A stretch of DNA of 63,673 bases, the filler included, from Octopus bimaculoides (lineage: Eukaryota): the NCBI RefSeq assembly GCF_001194135.2. It is 5 parts of 3 records of this genome, joined end to end, with 100 filler letters (N's around TTAATTAATTAA, not from the genome) between each part and the next. Parts side by side here need not be neighbours in the genome. Positions count along the whole stretch, not along the records: positions 1 to 15,718 come from NC_068987.1; positions 15,819 to 31,672 come from NC_068987.1; 3 more parts are not named here. One strand, written 5' to 3'. Position 1 is the stretch's first letter. Each line of letters begins with the position of its first letter. The notes below the pieces were generated by a model that saw nothing but the letters and a program-made list of their open reading frames with translations, ran no database searches and was not told the DNA's origin. A program made the translations under genes and the position numbers. Shown here in pieces: positions 11,681-24,763 of the stretch.

Positions 11681-13228
11681 AAAAGAATATATATATATAT
11701 GTAATGGTAGAGTTTTATTTTTGTAATGGTTGAAATTAGATTTGTGTAAACAATAATATGAAATGTTGGAGTTGTAATCAGTTTGTAAGGATTGGTTCTT
11801 CATTGATTGCCATCAAGTGAAGATGAAAGAACAGTGATTGAAGTTGTGAAGAAAATATTTATTTATCGTTAAGTTGTATATACCTTGCTTCGATGGGCAG
11901 GTGATAAAATCCTAGAGCATGCGAAGTATAGTTAGATGTGGTAGATTTTCGTTGTATAGTTTTGTGTACACGTTTTCTTAGCAGTAATCCACAGATAGCG
12001 ATAGAATGATGTTGTAAAAGAACAGAATCAGAGCTAGTGAAAGTTGTAGGGTCGTGGGAAGTTGTCTCATAGTTGCTGACAGTAAATTTCATTTCTTCCT
12101 CTGACCATTGTCTTTAGTAGCTGCCTTGCTTGTGATCAAGATTCTAGCGTTCTGCTCCCTAATTGATGGTAGCTGTCTCTGACTCTAGTTGTCGTTCATT
12201 AACTGATTGAGTTGTTACTGAACCGAATATCTGAGTTGTCACCAAGTGACTAACTTATTTTTGTATGGGGTTCTTGCTTTCATAACTATCAAGAAGGATA
12301 GCCATATCATTGAGAAGAATGGTTTTCGTAGGTGGCACTTGTTATCTCCATTCTAGCATTTGGTGGTCTATAAGAGATTAGAAGGATCAAGTGGTGAAGA
12401 CATTATTTTGGCCTAGCTAAGGCAATCTGGCAAATGTAAAAACTGCTGTCACAGAAAAACTATTGTTCCACCGTAAGAAAAGTTCTGTTGATCTGTTTAC
12501 TTGAAATTTGGCCATGGTGGATCGAATCCCACTTCATGCCTGCAAGATGCACTATATATATATATATATATNNNNNNNNNNNNNNNNNNNNNNNNNNNNN
12601 NNNNNNNNNNNNNNNNNNNNNNNNNNNNNNNNNNNNNNNNNNNNNNNNNNNNNNNNNNNNNNNNNNNNNNNNNNNNNNNNNNNNNNNNNNNNNNNNNNNN
12701 NNNNNNNNNNNNNNNNNNNNNNNNNNNNNNNNNNNNNNNNNNNNNNNNNNNNNNNNNNNNNNNNNNNNNNNNNNNNNNNNNNNNNNNNNNNNNNNNNNNN
12801 NNNNNNNNNNNNNNNNNNNNNNNNNNNNNNNNNNNNNNNNNNNNNNNNNNNNNNNNNNNNNNNNNNNNNNNNNNNNNNNNNNNNNNNNNNNNNNNNNNNN
12901 NNNNNNNNNNNNNNNNNNNNNNNNNNNNNNNNNNNNNNNNNNNNNNNNNNNNNNNNNNNNNNNNNNNNNNNNNNNNNNNNNNNNNNNNNNNNNNNNNNNN
13001 NNNNNNNNNNNNNNNNNNNNNNNNNNNNNNNNNNNNNNNNNNNNNNNNNNNNNNNNNNNNNNNNNNNNNNNNNNNNNNNNNNNNNNNNNNNNNNNNNNNN
13101 NNNNNNNNNNNNNNNNNNNNNNNNNNNNNNNNNNNNNNNNNNNNNNNNNNNNNNNNNNNTATATATATGTATATATATATATGTATGTATATACATGTAT
13201 AATATATATATATATGCATGTGTAATTA

Positions 13229-13442
13229 TGAGGGGATGCTGAAAAGTTCCTGGCTTTGGGTAAAAGAAAATACAAGGGATCAGTTAATTATGATTTTATT
13301 CAACATGATCCCCTCTCAGATTTACACACATTGCTGTAGTTCTTCAGTTTTTCTAAGCCCTGTAAAAGAACTCAGAAGGTTGGGCTTCCAACCAGGCCTT
13401 TCGCTATACCCTTTAAGCCAGGAACTTCTCAGCACCACCTCA
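13229..13442. mobile_element. Tc1/mariner-type MITE
   Basis: ~28-bp TIRs TGAGGGGATGCTGAAAAGTTCCTGGCTT (13229-13256) and AAGCCAGGAACTTCTCAGCACCACCTCA (13415-13442); preceded by TA. Confidence 0.8.
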
Positions 13443-13584
13443 TGTATGTATGTATGTATATATCCTCCATGTTTAACAGTTGGAAGAAGGCAGTCTAGGT
13501 CAAATGCTTCTTTTGGCTGTCATTACTTTCGAGACAGTACTTCTTAATACACCAAACATTTCGACTGTTTTTGTTTTGTGTTTG

Positions 13585-13882
13585 AGTGTGTGTGTATACA
13601 TGTGGGTATGTGACCAGGACCTTTGACAATATGCTATCCTTGAGAAGACTCATCAAGCCAAGTGAAATCATAGTTGTGGCCAATGGCAGTGCTAGTGGTA
13701 CGTAAAAAGCACCCATAGCACTCTTGGAGTGGTTGGCATTAGGAAGGGCATCCAGCTGTAGAAACCATGCCAAATCAGATTGGAACCTGGTGCAGCTCTC
13801 CAGCTTACAGGTTTCAGTCAAACCATCTAGCCCAAGCCAGCATGGAAAGCAGAGGTTAAATGATGATGATGATGATGATGAT
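13585..13882 (+). mobile_element. SINE family C with (GAT)n tail
   Basis: GGTTGGCATTAGGAAGGGCATCCAGCTGTAGAAACC core; ends AGCATGGAAAGCAGAGGTTAAATGATGATGAT. Confidence 0.8.
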
Positions 13883-14069
13883 AATATATATGTATTTATG
13901 TGTATACACACGCATACACACACACATTGTGTATAGACAAGTTTAAAAGACATCACTGCTGGATGAAATGTATTTTATCATACAGGCACACATTTGCACA
14001 TAAAGGCACTTGCAATATGCTGACACAGACACACACACAAATCTACATACATAAAACTACATATATACC

Positions 14070-14198
14070 CACTAGTGTAGCTAGGGGAGGGGGCGGTGTG
14101 GGGGGGCCCGCCCTGGGTGGCAATATATGTTGTTTGTGGGGTCTGGGGATGGCAAACGGAAGGGCCACCCTGGGCAGCACACTCTAGCTATGCTTTTG
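14070..14198. mobile_element. Short GC-rich MITE with degenerate CAGTGGCGTAGCTAG-type TIRs (hAT-like)
   Basis: CACTAGTGTAGCTAG.. / ..CTAGCTATGCTTTTG ends; internal GCCCTGGGTGGC / GCCACCCTGGGC inverted motif; no clear TSD. Confidence 0.5.
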
Positions 14199-15372
14199 GT
14201 CCCTTGCCTAATATATCCATTTCTAGTCTACACCTGCTGTCACCACTTGTCTCTCTATCACTCCTGCCTCCATCACTCTACTATCTTCTGTATCATTACT
14301 ATGTAACATATCACACTTTCTGCACTGCCAGTCATCACTTACCCTTCCCTGAGCAACTTCATACTGACATCCATCTTTCATTGTTATCATTGACCAACTC
14401 ACACCCTAGCTCACTATTGGCTACCTTCATTTCATGTTTATCTCTGCTCCTATTCTATCCATCACTCACTGTCCTTCTCCATAAACCCTCTTGCAACCAA
14501 TATCCACCCTTCATATACTCACACTTTATGATGCTTCTGTCACCATGCACTCTTCTGTTCACCTTCTTGGCCATATTAACTTTAAGGCCTGCTCTTGCTT
14601 CTCTTCACTATCATGTCTATCTCTCTTTCTGGCACCACTACTTCCAACCCCTCTCACCTGTATATAATGCAGAGTAGTCCTGAATCTCTTCCTGCTCAAT
14701 TCATCTCAGTATCCTCTTCATCACTCTCTGACTCTCTTTTACTAACTGTTGACATTACTCCTCTTTCCTCCTATTACTCACTTCCCATTAGTGTCTCTAT
14801 TAGTCTTTTCACTAATACATTCTCAGTACAATAAGTGTTCTGCCATTATATTTAGCTGCTATCTCTAGCAGATCAAGATGCCCTCCCCACTGGTTCATCT
14901 TATTTCTAAATATATTAGAACAATGATATATAACAGATTATCTATTAACTTCATCACTAAGGTAGTAAATATATATAAGATCAAAGATGTAAGCATCTCA
15001 TGCTAGTTAAACTGTGTCTGATCTAGAAGACAATGATAAAAGCAGATAAAAAACTTCAGAGAGGAACTAAAAGATAAATTCTTATATTAAAACTCCATCC
15101 TTCAGATCCTAATATTTCTGGAAGTTGAGGGAAATGGTTTTATAATATATTTGATCCACTTGTACAGTAGCCAATTTTTCCATCATTTCCAAGCAAGTCT
15201 ATGGACTATGTTCAGTTAAGAGATGATTAAATGAAGAACAGCAGAAGCCCTCATTAAAAGCCATTCACATAGAATTGGTCATTAGAAGGGTGATTACACT
15301 GGCGATGCCCCATCATGGTAACAGCCTTAGGGCTGAAACATGTAAAAGAAAAAAAGAATATATATATATATA

Positions 15373-15463
15373 CTAGCAGAAATACCCGGCGTTGCCCGGG
15401 TTAAAGAGAATTATGAAATCTAAAAACGCCGTCTAGACTACGCATCATCTTTATATAGAGAGA
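15373..15463 (-). mobile_element. 91-bp non-autonomous mini-Helitron
   Basis: Minus strand: host A | TCTCTCTATATAAAG ... hairpin ACCCGG-GCAACG-CCGGGT ... CTAG | host T. All canonical Helitron terminal features are present. Confidence 0.85.
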
Positions 15464-15582
15464 TGTATATACACACACGCACCCAAACACACGTATATAT
15501 ATGTATATCAATATAAATATATGAAAGTCAATGAAGTTTCGTAAAAGAAGGTGATCATGTACATACTTTCTTGCTGTTGTGA

Positions 15583-15718
15583 TTATAACACCTCATTGTA
15601 AACTATGTTCCTTGTTTTCCCTTGTGGAGCATATACAAATAGGTTTTTTGTTGCTGCCCACTCTTGAGCAGCCAACATACAGTTGTCCATGTGAGAAGCA
15701 GGGCTCTTCCAAGAGAAG
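15583..15718 (-). pseudogene. Helitron PIF1-like helicase C-terminal fragment
   Basis: Minus translation EEPCFSHGQLYVGCSRVGS (frameshift) NLFVYAPQGKTRNIVYNEVL*; cut by an N gap. Confidence 0.9.
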
Positions 15719-15762
15719 NNNNNNNNNNNNNNNNNNNNNNNNNNNNNNNNNNNNNNNNNNNN

Positions 15763-15774
15763 TTAATTAATTAA
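15763..15774. other. Assembly spacer TTAATTAATTAA inside a 100-bp N block (also at 31717-31728, 53507-53518, 61728-61739)
   Basis: Identical 12-mer flanked by ~44 N on each side, four times; not biological sequence. Confidence 0.9.
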
Positions 15775-16430
15775 NNNNNNNNNNNNNNNNNNNNNNNNNN
15801 NNNNNNNNNNNNNNNNNNATATATGCATATATACATATATACATACATACGTATGTATGTATGTAGAAAGAGTGTGACCATCGAAAGCTACTCCATCCTG
15901 GTACAAAGGACAGCAATAACAAAAAAAATGGCAACTTGTATCACTTTGTGTCTACGTATGTAAATTTATGCTTCATCTTCCTGCTTTTGCAAGTTTGGTA
16001 ATCATTAGCTGTAAGTAGTGGCAGGGCCGGGGTACGGGGTTCGGGGGTGGGTTTGTCACGGCTTTAAAAATATAACATTCTACACACCAAACGTTTCACA
16101 GCGAATTACCAAAACCGATTCAATTCCAGATGCTAAAATTCCAATGTCACCGAACTATATTCATATACATACACGTATGTGGTTGTGTTTGTGTGTGTCT
16201 GTATGTATGTGTTAGTGTGCGTATGCACACATTTGCTAATATCGTTATTACTGTTGTTGTTAGTGTTGTTTTGTTTTTGCTTTTATTTTTATTTTGGTAG
16301 TTTTGGACATGAGGGTCGTCGGTGGTGGCTTTCGTGCCTGGAAATGATGTTGATATATTTATAATGGTTTTATTACACACATACATATATATATATCTAC
16401 ATATCCAGTCATATATGTATATATGTATAT

Positions 16431-16465
<35 letters not shown>

Positions 16466-16513
16466 TGTGTGTTGATATATATATGTATATATATATGTCT
16501 TTATATATATATG

Positions 16514-16548
<35 letters not shown>

Positions 16549-18205
16549 NNNNNNNNNNNNNNNNNNNNNNNNNNNNNNNNNNNNNNNNNNNNNNNNNNNN
16601 NNNNNNNNNNNNNNNNNNNNNNNNNNNNNNNNNNNNNNNNNNNNNNNNNNNNNNNNNNNNNNNNNNNNNNNNNNNNNNNNNNNNNNNNNNNNNNNNNNNN
16701 NNNNNNNNNNNNNNNNNNNNNNNNNNNNNNNNNNNNNNNNNNNNNNNNNNNNNNNNNNNNNNNNNNNNNNNNNNNNNNNNNNNNNNNNNNNNNNNNNNNN
16801 NNNNNNNNNNNNNNNNNNNNNNNNNNNNNNNNNNNNNNNNNNNNNNNNNNNNNNNNNNNNNNNNNNNNNNNNNNNNNNNNNNNNNNNNNNNNNNNNNNNN
16901 NNNNNNNNNNNNNNNNNNNNNNNNNNNNNNNNNNNNNNNNNNNNNNNNNNNNNNNNNNNNNNNNNNNNNNNNNNNNNNNNNNNNNNNNNNNNNNNNNNNN
17001 NNNNNNNNNNNNNNNNNNNNNNNNNNNNNNNNNNNNNNNNNNNNNNNNNNNNNNNNNNNNNNNNNNNNNNNNNNNNNNNNNNNNNNNNNNNNNNNNNNNN
17101 NNNNNNNNNNNNNNNNNNNNNNNNNNNNNNNNNNNNNNNNNNNNNNNNNNNNNNNNNNNNNNNNNNNNNNNNNNNNNNNNNNNNNNNNNNNNNNNNNNNN
17201 NNNNNNNNNNNNNNNNNNNNNNNNNNNNNNNNNNNNNNNNNNNNNNNNNNNNNNNNNNNNNNNNNNNNNNNNNNNNNNNNNNNNNNNNNNNNNNNNNNNN
17301 NNNNNNNNNNNNNNNNNNNNNNNNNNNNNNNNNNNNNNNNNNNNNNNNNNNNNNNNNNNNNNNNNNNNNNNNNNNNNNNNNNNNNNNNNNNNNNNNNNNN
17401 NNNNNNNNNNNNNNNNNNNNNNNNNNNNNNNNNNNNNNNNNNNNNNNNNNNNNNNNCACACACACACACGCATATATATATATATATATATATACATATA
17501 TATACATGCACATACACACACATACACACACACACACACATATATGTGTGTGAGTTTGTGGTTACGTGTATGTGAATATGTGTGTGAATATTTTTTAACA
17601 ATTTCGAAATCGACAGCAAACAACCGTTTCTCTTTTGTTAGAAAAAAAAACACACACACACAAACACACAAAATTCATAAAGAACAAAAATAAATAAGAA
17701 ATATGGAAGAAGAGCAAGAAAGAAGAGAGACTGACAATAAGAAAACAACAACAAAAAAACAAGATGAAAAACACCAACAGCAACAACAAAAACAACAACA
17801 ACAACAACAACAACAACAAGTAATAGTAAAGTGCTAAACAGGGAAATGATCTGAAAAAGAGGCGAAAAAATGGTGGTGTCTTTAACTATACGACTCCAAC
17901 ATCAAAGAATAATGGCAGGATGAAAAGAAAGCTTGTAGATATATAAAGACACAATTCTACAGACTCCCCACGATCTCAGAAACTAAAATATAGACATACG
18001 TGAATAACTGCATGTATGCGCGCGTGTATATATATGTACACAGACATATATATAAGGTATGTACGTATATATATATAAATGTAAACGACATTGAAGAGAT
18101 GAAGGGGAGGAGGTTCCAATTTCTGAAAGCATTTAACACTCATGTTGTGTATACATACATGCATATGTATATGTGTGTCTGTGCGTGTATGTATGTATAT
18201 GTATA

Positions 18206-18240
<35 letters not shown>

Positions 18241-19729
18241 NNNNNNNNNNNNNNNNNNNNNNNNNNNNNNNNNNNNNNNNNNNNNNNNNNNNNNNNNNNN
18301 NNNNNNNNNNNNNNNNNNNNNNNNNNNNNNNNNNNNNNNNNNNNNNNNNNNNNNNNNNNNNNNNNNNNNNNNNNNNNNNNNNNNNNNNNNNNNNNNNNNN
18401 NNNNNNNNNNNNNNNNNNNNNNNNNNNNNNNNNNNNNNNNNNNNNNNNNNNNNNNNNNNNNNNNNNNNNNNNNNNNNNNNNNNNNNNNNNNNNNNNNNNN
18501 NNNNNNNNNNNNNNNNNNNNNNNNNNNNNNNNNNNNNNNNNNNNNNNNNNNNNNNNNNNNNNNNNNNNNNNNNNNNNNNNNNNNNNNNNNNNNNNNNNNN
18601 NNNNNNNNNNNNNNNNNNNNNNNACACACACACACACATATATACACACACAATGACACAGATAATGTTCCAATACAATTGGGTGTAAATATCAAAGATT
18701 CAATATATCAAAACAAAATAAGGAATATTATTTCTCTTGTTTTTTTATGTGTAATATTCAAGTGAACACTTCACTCATTGAATTTAGTTGTTGGTGGTTG
18801 ATTATTCCACAGACAATTGTATTCGTCACATAGTACTCAACTAGAGTCACCTTGAGACACCGTGACTTGGGACTTCGAAGTACGGTGACAATCCATCCGA
18901 TAGGCTTCGAAAATGTTTCTGCTCCCCACAAATGTTCCGTTTTCCGTTGTTTGCTGAGAAGTTTCCGATGAATCGAGAACAAGGGTTAAAGAAACTTGTT
19001 AAGATGTCACGCAGCTGAATCGAACCAGGGACCATAACCACTCCTATTCATGAAAATTCACACGTGCACACACAGTGTCACACTCACAAACAAACTTGTA
19101 CTTATACCGCGTGGGCCAAACGTCACGACGTCTGGTTGCAAATTGTGATCCGTTGGAAAAATCTTATGGCTTCGTCTATTGCACCAGACGCCATTTCATA
19201 CTTCGTGACTTTTGCCCCCCCCCCCCAACACACACACATCCACACTGCCATGAATGATTGCATACACGTAACATATACATACACACACACGCGCGCGCAT
19301 ATTTGTACACATATGTGTAGGTTCACAATCACTCTCACGTGAGAATATTTACACAAACAATCACACACACACATACACACACACACACACTCATATTCAC
19401 CCACACACAATCACACACACTTATACATACTCACAATCACACACAGACGCATACAGAATTTAAGGAAGTAAAGAATAAAATTATAAACTATTTATTTATT
19501 GGCTCTAAATATAGTTTGTAAGCCTTAGGTCCAAGCTTTAGGAGTCAAACTTAAAGTGAGCTTCCCAGGATTGGAATGGGGTCTGGGGTCTGGGCTATGA
19601 TCCATGTATAAATCTGAGCTTGTGTACGCATATGAATATACATGTGCGAGTACGTGTGGTATATGAGGGCGTGTGCACATGATTGTGTGAGCGTATGATC
19701 ATGTATATATAAAGTATACATTAGCACAC

Positions 19730-19796
<67 letters not shown>

Positions 19797-19807
19797 AAGA
19801 GAGAGAG

Positions 19808-20126
19808 GCACAGGCGTGGCTGTGTGGTAAGAAGTTTGCTTGTCAACTACATGGTTCCGGGTCCAGTCCCACTGCCTGGCATCTTGGACAAGTGTCTTCC
19901 TCTATAACTTCGGGCCGACCAAAGTCTTGTAAGTGGAATTGATTGACGGAAAGTGAAAAGAAACCCCCTCCTATATATATATACAAGCATGTTTGTATAT
20001 GTATGTGTGAGTGTGTATCTGTCCCCCACCATTGTTCGACAACCGGTATTGGTATGTTTACCTCCCCGTAACTTAGCGGTTTGGCAAAAGAACCCGATTG
20101 AATAAGTATCAGGCTTATGACTGAAA

Positions 20127-20127
<1 letters not shown>
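19808..20127 (+). mobile_element. SINE family A
   Basis: GGCACAGGCGTGGCTGTGTGGTAAGAAG head through ACTGAAACAAG tail. Confidence 0.85.
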
Positions 20128-20181
<54 letters not shown>

Positions 20182-20837
20182 CTATTTGTGTGCGAGTGTA
20201 TATTTTTGTTTGTGTGTTTCGATTCCGAAACAAAAAGAAAAAGCCACTACCACCACCACCGCCACCACCNNNNNNNNNNNNNNNNNNNNNNNNNNNNNNN
20301 NNNNNNNNNNNNNNNNNNNNNNNNNNNNNNNNNNNNNNNNNNNNNNNNNNNNNNNNNNNNNNNNNNNNNNNNNNNNNNNNNNNNNNNNNNNNNNNNNNNN
20401 NNNNNNNNNNNNNNNNNNNNNNNNNNNNNNNNNNNNNNNNNNNNNNNNNNNNNNNNNNNNNNNNNNNNNNNNNNNNNNNNNNNNNNNNNNNNNNNNNNNN
20501 NNNNNNNNNNNNNNNNNNNNNNNNNNNNNNNNNNNNNNNNNNNNNNNNNNNNNNNNNNNNNNNNNNNNNNNNNNNNNNNNNNNNNNNNNNNNNNNNNNNN
20601 NNNNNNNNNNNNNNNNNNNNNNNNNNNNNNNNNNNNNNNNNNNNNNNNNNNNNNNNNNNNNNNNNNNNNNNNNNNNNNNNNNNNNNNNNNNNNNNNNNNN
20701 NNNNNNNNNNNNNNNNNNNNNNNNNNNNNNNNNNNNNNNNNNNNNNNNNNNNNNNNNNNNNNNNNNNNNNNNNNNNNNNNNNNNNNNNNNNNNNNNNTCA
20801 CACGCCGCACAAGCAAACACAAGCACACAGACACAGA

Positions 20838-20912
20838 AGAAAAAGAAGAAGAAGAAGAAGAAGAAGAAGAAGAAGAAGAAGAAGAAGAAGAAGAAGAAGA
20901 AGAAGAAGAAGA
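20838..20912. repeat. (GAA)n microsatellite
   Basis: Direct inspection. Confidence 0.95.
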
Positions 20913-21699
20913 TGGTAGAGAGAGAAGGGGAAGTGAGAGGGGAGGATTATGAAAACACGAAATAAGTTTCATTGAAAGAAAAAATATTGGGTACTCGGTT
21001 GTTGATTTTGTAGATGTTTGTGCGTGTGTATGTACGGGTCTGTGTGCGTGCATGTGTATATGTATGTGTGTGCGCACGAGCGCGTATGTGTGTGTATGTT
21101 TTAATAATTATTTATATATTTCTCAAAATTGTAGTTTGATGATGGAAGAGAAAGAATTCCGTACAGAAAATAGAAATTTTAATTTAGTCCCCCAACAAAT
21201 TCATTGGTAATTAACACCAGAGCAATAAATCCACGAATCCCGTATCAACGATAAACATTTCTGAATCTTAATTTCGTTTTTTATTTAAATCTAAATAAAT
21301 TTGTCTCGTATCCGTATGAGATTTTTCTGATATCAAAAAAAAAAAAAAATCTTACACATTCATATGACTACATGTTTGTCACCTGATCATTAAAAAACAC
21401 ATCTTGTACTTTAATGATGATCAAACACACAGACACACACACACACACACATGTACTTTAAAATGTAAATCTGGTTTCATTTTATGTTGTACTTTGTCTC
21501 AGTTATGTCTCTTTCTTAAGAGTCCGACAGTAAAGATACTGGGGCTTCGATTGCCATGTCAACGCTATTCCGAGATAGACATATCCTCCTGAAAACGTTT
21601 ATGATATTCGTCGGTTACCGCACGCAGATTTTCCCTGAAAATAGTCGACGAAAAGCTCCAGAAAGGCCTTAGCCTATTGTTTGTAATCCTTTAGCACGG

Positions 21700-21820
21700 C
21701 TAAGGCGGCAAACTGATAAAATCGCTAGCGCGCCGGTTAAAATGCTTAACAAAAGTTCGTCCGTCTTTACGTTCTGAGCTCAAATTCCACCGAGATGAAC
21801 TTTGCCTTTCATCCTTTTGG
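21700..21820 (+). mobile_element. SINE family B, partial
   Basis: AAGGCGGCAAACTG...CGTCTTTACGTTCTGAGCTCAAATTCCACCGAG...TTTGCCTTTCATCC. Confidence 0.8.
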
Positions 21821-22007
21821 GATGGAAGCAAGGAAAAGACGAGCAATGATTTGAAATCTCTACTGACTCACCAACAGAATATTACGGTTCAGTGCCGAAC
21901 CACCCGATGATCGTTGGATGCCGTCTGATTACATCAACTCCTCCTGATCAAAAATCCATTCATCTTGGTGAGTTGAGAAGAAATACTATCTTCTATGAGC
22001 CATCAAT

Positions 22008-22049
<42 letters not shown>

Positions 22050-22053
<4 letters not shown>

Positions 22054-22848
22054 GTCATCCCATAAATAATGCAGTTTTTCCAATTGCATGAATTAAAAGT
22101 CGGACGGGGATGGGATAGACTACCTGCATCAACTTGCTATAACAGCAGGTAGTAACTTTACCTTGTGCTTATTCTGAGTGCAAGTTTTGAAGAGTGCAGT
22201 TCGATTTTAACAGTTATTTTTTCTAAGTCAGAACAGTATTGGAGCAGTATTTTTTGTCACGGATAAGTGAATTTTGAAAGAGGGGCCTTGCAAGTCTACC
22301 AGGTAGATGGAAGAACCTTGCAGAAAATGAAGGAGAGAATATTTTAGATTAGAAAAAGAACTTTGTTTATCTTGCAAAATCTCATGAAGAGAGAGTAGGA
22401 AAGTATACTAAAAAGTAAAACCAATCACCACATCAAAGTGGTTTGTGAAAATTACTATTTGTTTAACCCCAGGCAGATTCTCCGACAGCTGGTAAACGGT
22501 GCAACACTCTGCAACTTTTACATACAATATAATGTTAGCAGGGGAGCGAACCTCTGCTACACTTTAGCAGCTAACAGGATCGCGAGACTGACTCAGTTTC
22601 GACCTATTTGGCTATTTTTAGCTACGTTCACCTGCACGCCAGAGCGATAGCCAGAATATGTCACTGCTAACAATTTATTGTAAACAAAGTGACCATCGGT
22701 CACTGATTTGCAACAAGCAATATAACTAGTTGTAATCGGAGAATCTGCCTGGGGTTAAACTAATTGTAACATTCAACGGTCACTTTGCTTATGTTGATTT
22801 TGAAAACTAAGAGGAGTATAAAAAGATCGCATTTATGGGATGACCCAA
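22050..22848. mobile_element. Mariner-type MITE or deletion derivative with TA TSD
   Basis: Perfect 18-bp TIRs TTGGGTCATCCCATAAAT (22050-22067) and ATTTATGGGATGACCCAA (22831-22848); TA on both sides. Confidence 0.88.
22467..22754. mobile_element. piggyBac-like MITE nested in the mariner MITE
   Basis: Perfect 19-bp TIRs CCCCAGGCAGATTCTCCGA (22467-22485) and TCGGAGAATCTGCCTGGGG (22736-22754); TTAA TSD at 22463-66 and 22755-58. Confidence 0.92.
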
Positions 22849-22872
22849 TACATACACACATATATATATAAG

Positions 22873-23133
22873 AAATAAAAGAAGGAAAATGCACACTGTT
22901 TACATAGTTTTAATATATTTTTTAATATATTTTATATTGTGTTTGTCGACCCGTTTCGGTTTCGCTAATCATGACATTAACATTATAGTAATTTTGTATA
23001 TATCAAGGAAATTTTAGTCCATGTCGTGTGTGTGAAAGTTTATAAATGATTATCGAAAACGAAACTGGTCGACAAACACAATATAAAATATATTAAAACT
23101 ACGTAAACTGTGTGAATTTTCCTTGTTTTATTT
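22873..23133. repeat. Long inverted repeat (~90-bp arms), each arm with a decayed hammerhead motif; PLE-derived fold-back
   Basis: Arms 22873-22972 and 23046-23133 are reverse complements apart from ~7 substitutions and a 12-bp duplication; GAAAC-NG-GTC in both arms. Confidence 0.75.
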
Positions 23134-23196
23134 AATATATATTTTTGTATTACAACTCACCATTTGGGTATAATCGAAATTCTCTTCCTCCCTTTT

Positions 23197-23256
<60 letters not shown>

Positions 23257-24763
23257 GTTGTTTTCTTCTGGTGGGCATCGACCATAGGGCAGGCAATCCC
23301 TTCTAGATTATTCATTGTTAGTTAGGCCATGTTGAGGAGGTCTAATAAAGCGTAAACTTGTGTGTTTACTTTAAAAACTAAATTCATCGTATATATGTTC
23401 CAAAACTTTCAAGCAACTTATCGCATTGGAACTATCTCCCATGTTTGATTTTGATTTTTTACCTTCAGAGAGCATATTTGTTTACTAACAGCGTGTTTGA
23501 TCTCGGTTAATCGAAGGTTCTTAACTGACTCTTAACCGACATGTGTGTCTCTAACTTATTCGTTGTTAAGAACAATGATGGTTTACTACTAGGTATGTTG
23601 CTTGGTGAGGGAGAGACAATCGTTGTCTTTTCACCCCAGGTTAGCTCTGATTGAGCAGACCCGTGATCAAACGGTTCAAACTGGAGAATCTATTTTATGC
23701 TGTGAGAAATTCCACAAATCTACTCTTTCAGACAAAGCCATTTATCAGATTGTTCTGCTTGAAATGTTAGAATTCTCTTCTTCGTTACGTTCCACTGTCT
23801 GAACTTTTTGCTTTACCGACGTGGAACAATCATTATTTCTCTCGGATTCTTCTGTTTTACGAAGATCAAAGCTGTCCCAGCAGTGACCAGCCTTTCTTAT
23901 TTCTTTTCCAGGCATAACACTTTTATGTCTATATTATCCAATGTCTCTTTCTTTTATGTAAGACGCTAGGGTAGTTTTGAGGGATATTTAGCTTCTTTTT
24001 TTAGTAACAAAAGCGACCACGGGACAATATTTTACAATGCGTATACACCATAAATTGATGTATTTTAGCATCTCCGAATTAACTCAAAGTGAATCCTTAC
24101 CTTCGAAATGCACAACAAAAGGCTGACACAACTCATCAGAAAACTCTGTTTCCAATAATGATTAACCCTTTACAAAATCCGGGTAAAACTCACCATAAAA
24201 TATTGCTCAAACAGCGGCGATAACGCAGCTGCTAGACATTGATACCTTCTACATAACATTCAAAAGGAGGACAACTTACTGATTAACTTGAAATCACACT
24301 CTAACCATTTCCTCCCCGCCGACCGTTCTAACTGCTGGCCCACAAAGATCAAGTCCCCTTTCTCCGACTTTTTAAGCATTCCTACACTGGTTAATCCCTC
24401 CTCTCAATACCAACCCTTATACTGGCCCCACTCAGACTCTCTCCATTCACCCATCTCTCCTCTTCCACTCAAAATCTAAATTTTCCCTTCCAACTTCTCT
24501 TCCCCAGTACGTTTGGAACTTTTTTATATTTTTCCAGTATGCTTTTCCTGGCAAGACTTAATCCATCGCTTGAATTAATGCCATCATCTAGTCATTGAAA
24601 ATCGTTATTAATTTTTTATCTCTTTTCTTTTTCCCAATGTTATGACCAGCAACAACATAACTCTAGCTTTCTTTCCCAGGACAAATCTGCTTCCTTGTTA
24701 ACCATGCTGTAAAAACAAAAATAGCCCTTATCTTGCACAGCTGCTTAGGAGGAATATCAGCCG

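Noticed and set aside
11860-12500. Minus-strand WSEEEMKF motif, suggestive of a non-LTR element N-terminus
   Set aside because: A single short motif with no supporting RT or EN motifs.
14200-14870. Minus-strand AGLKVNMAKK resembling the post-YADD RT motif
   Set aside because: Flanking sequence does not translate to RT and the region is compositionally biased.
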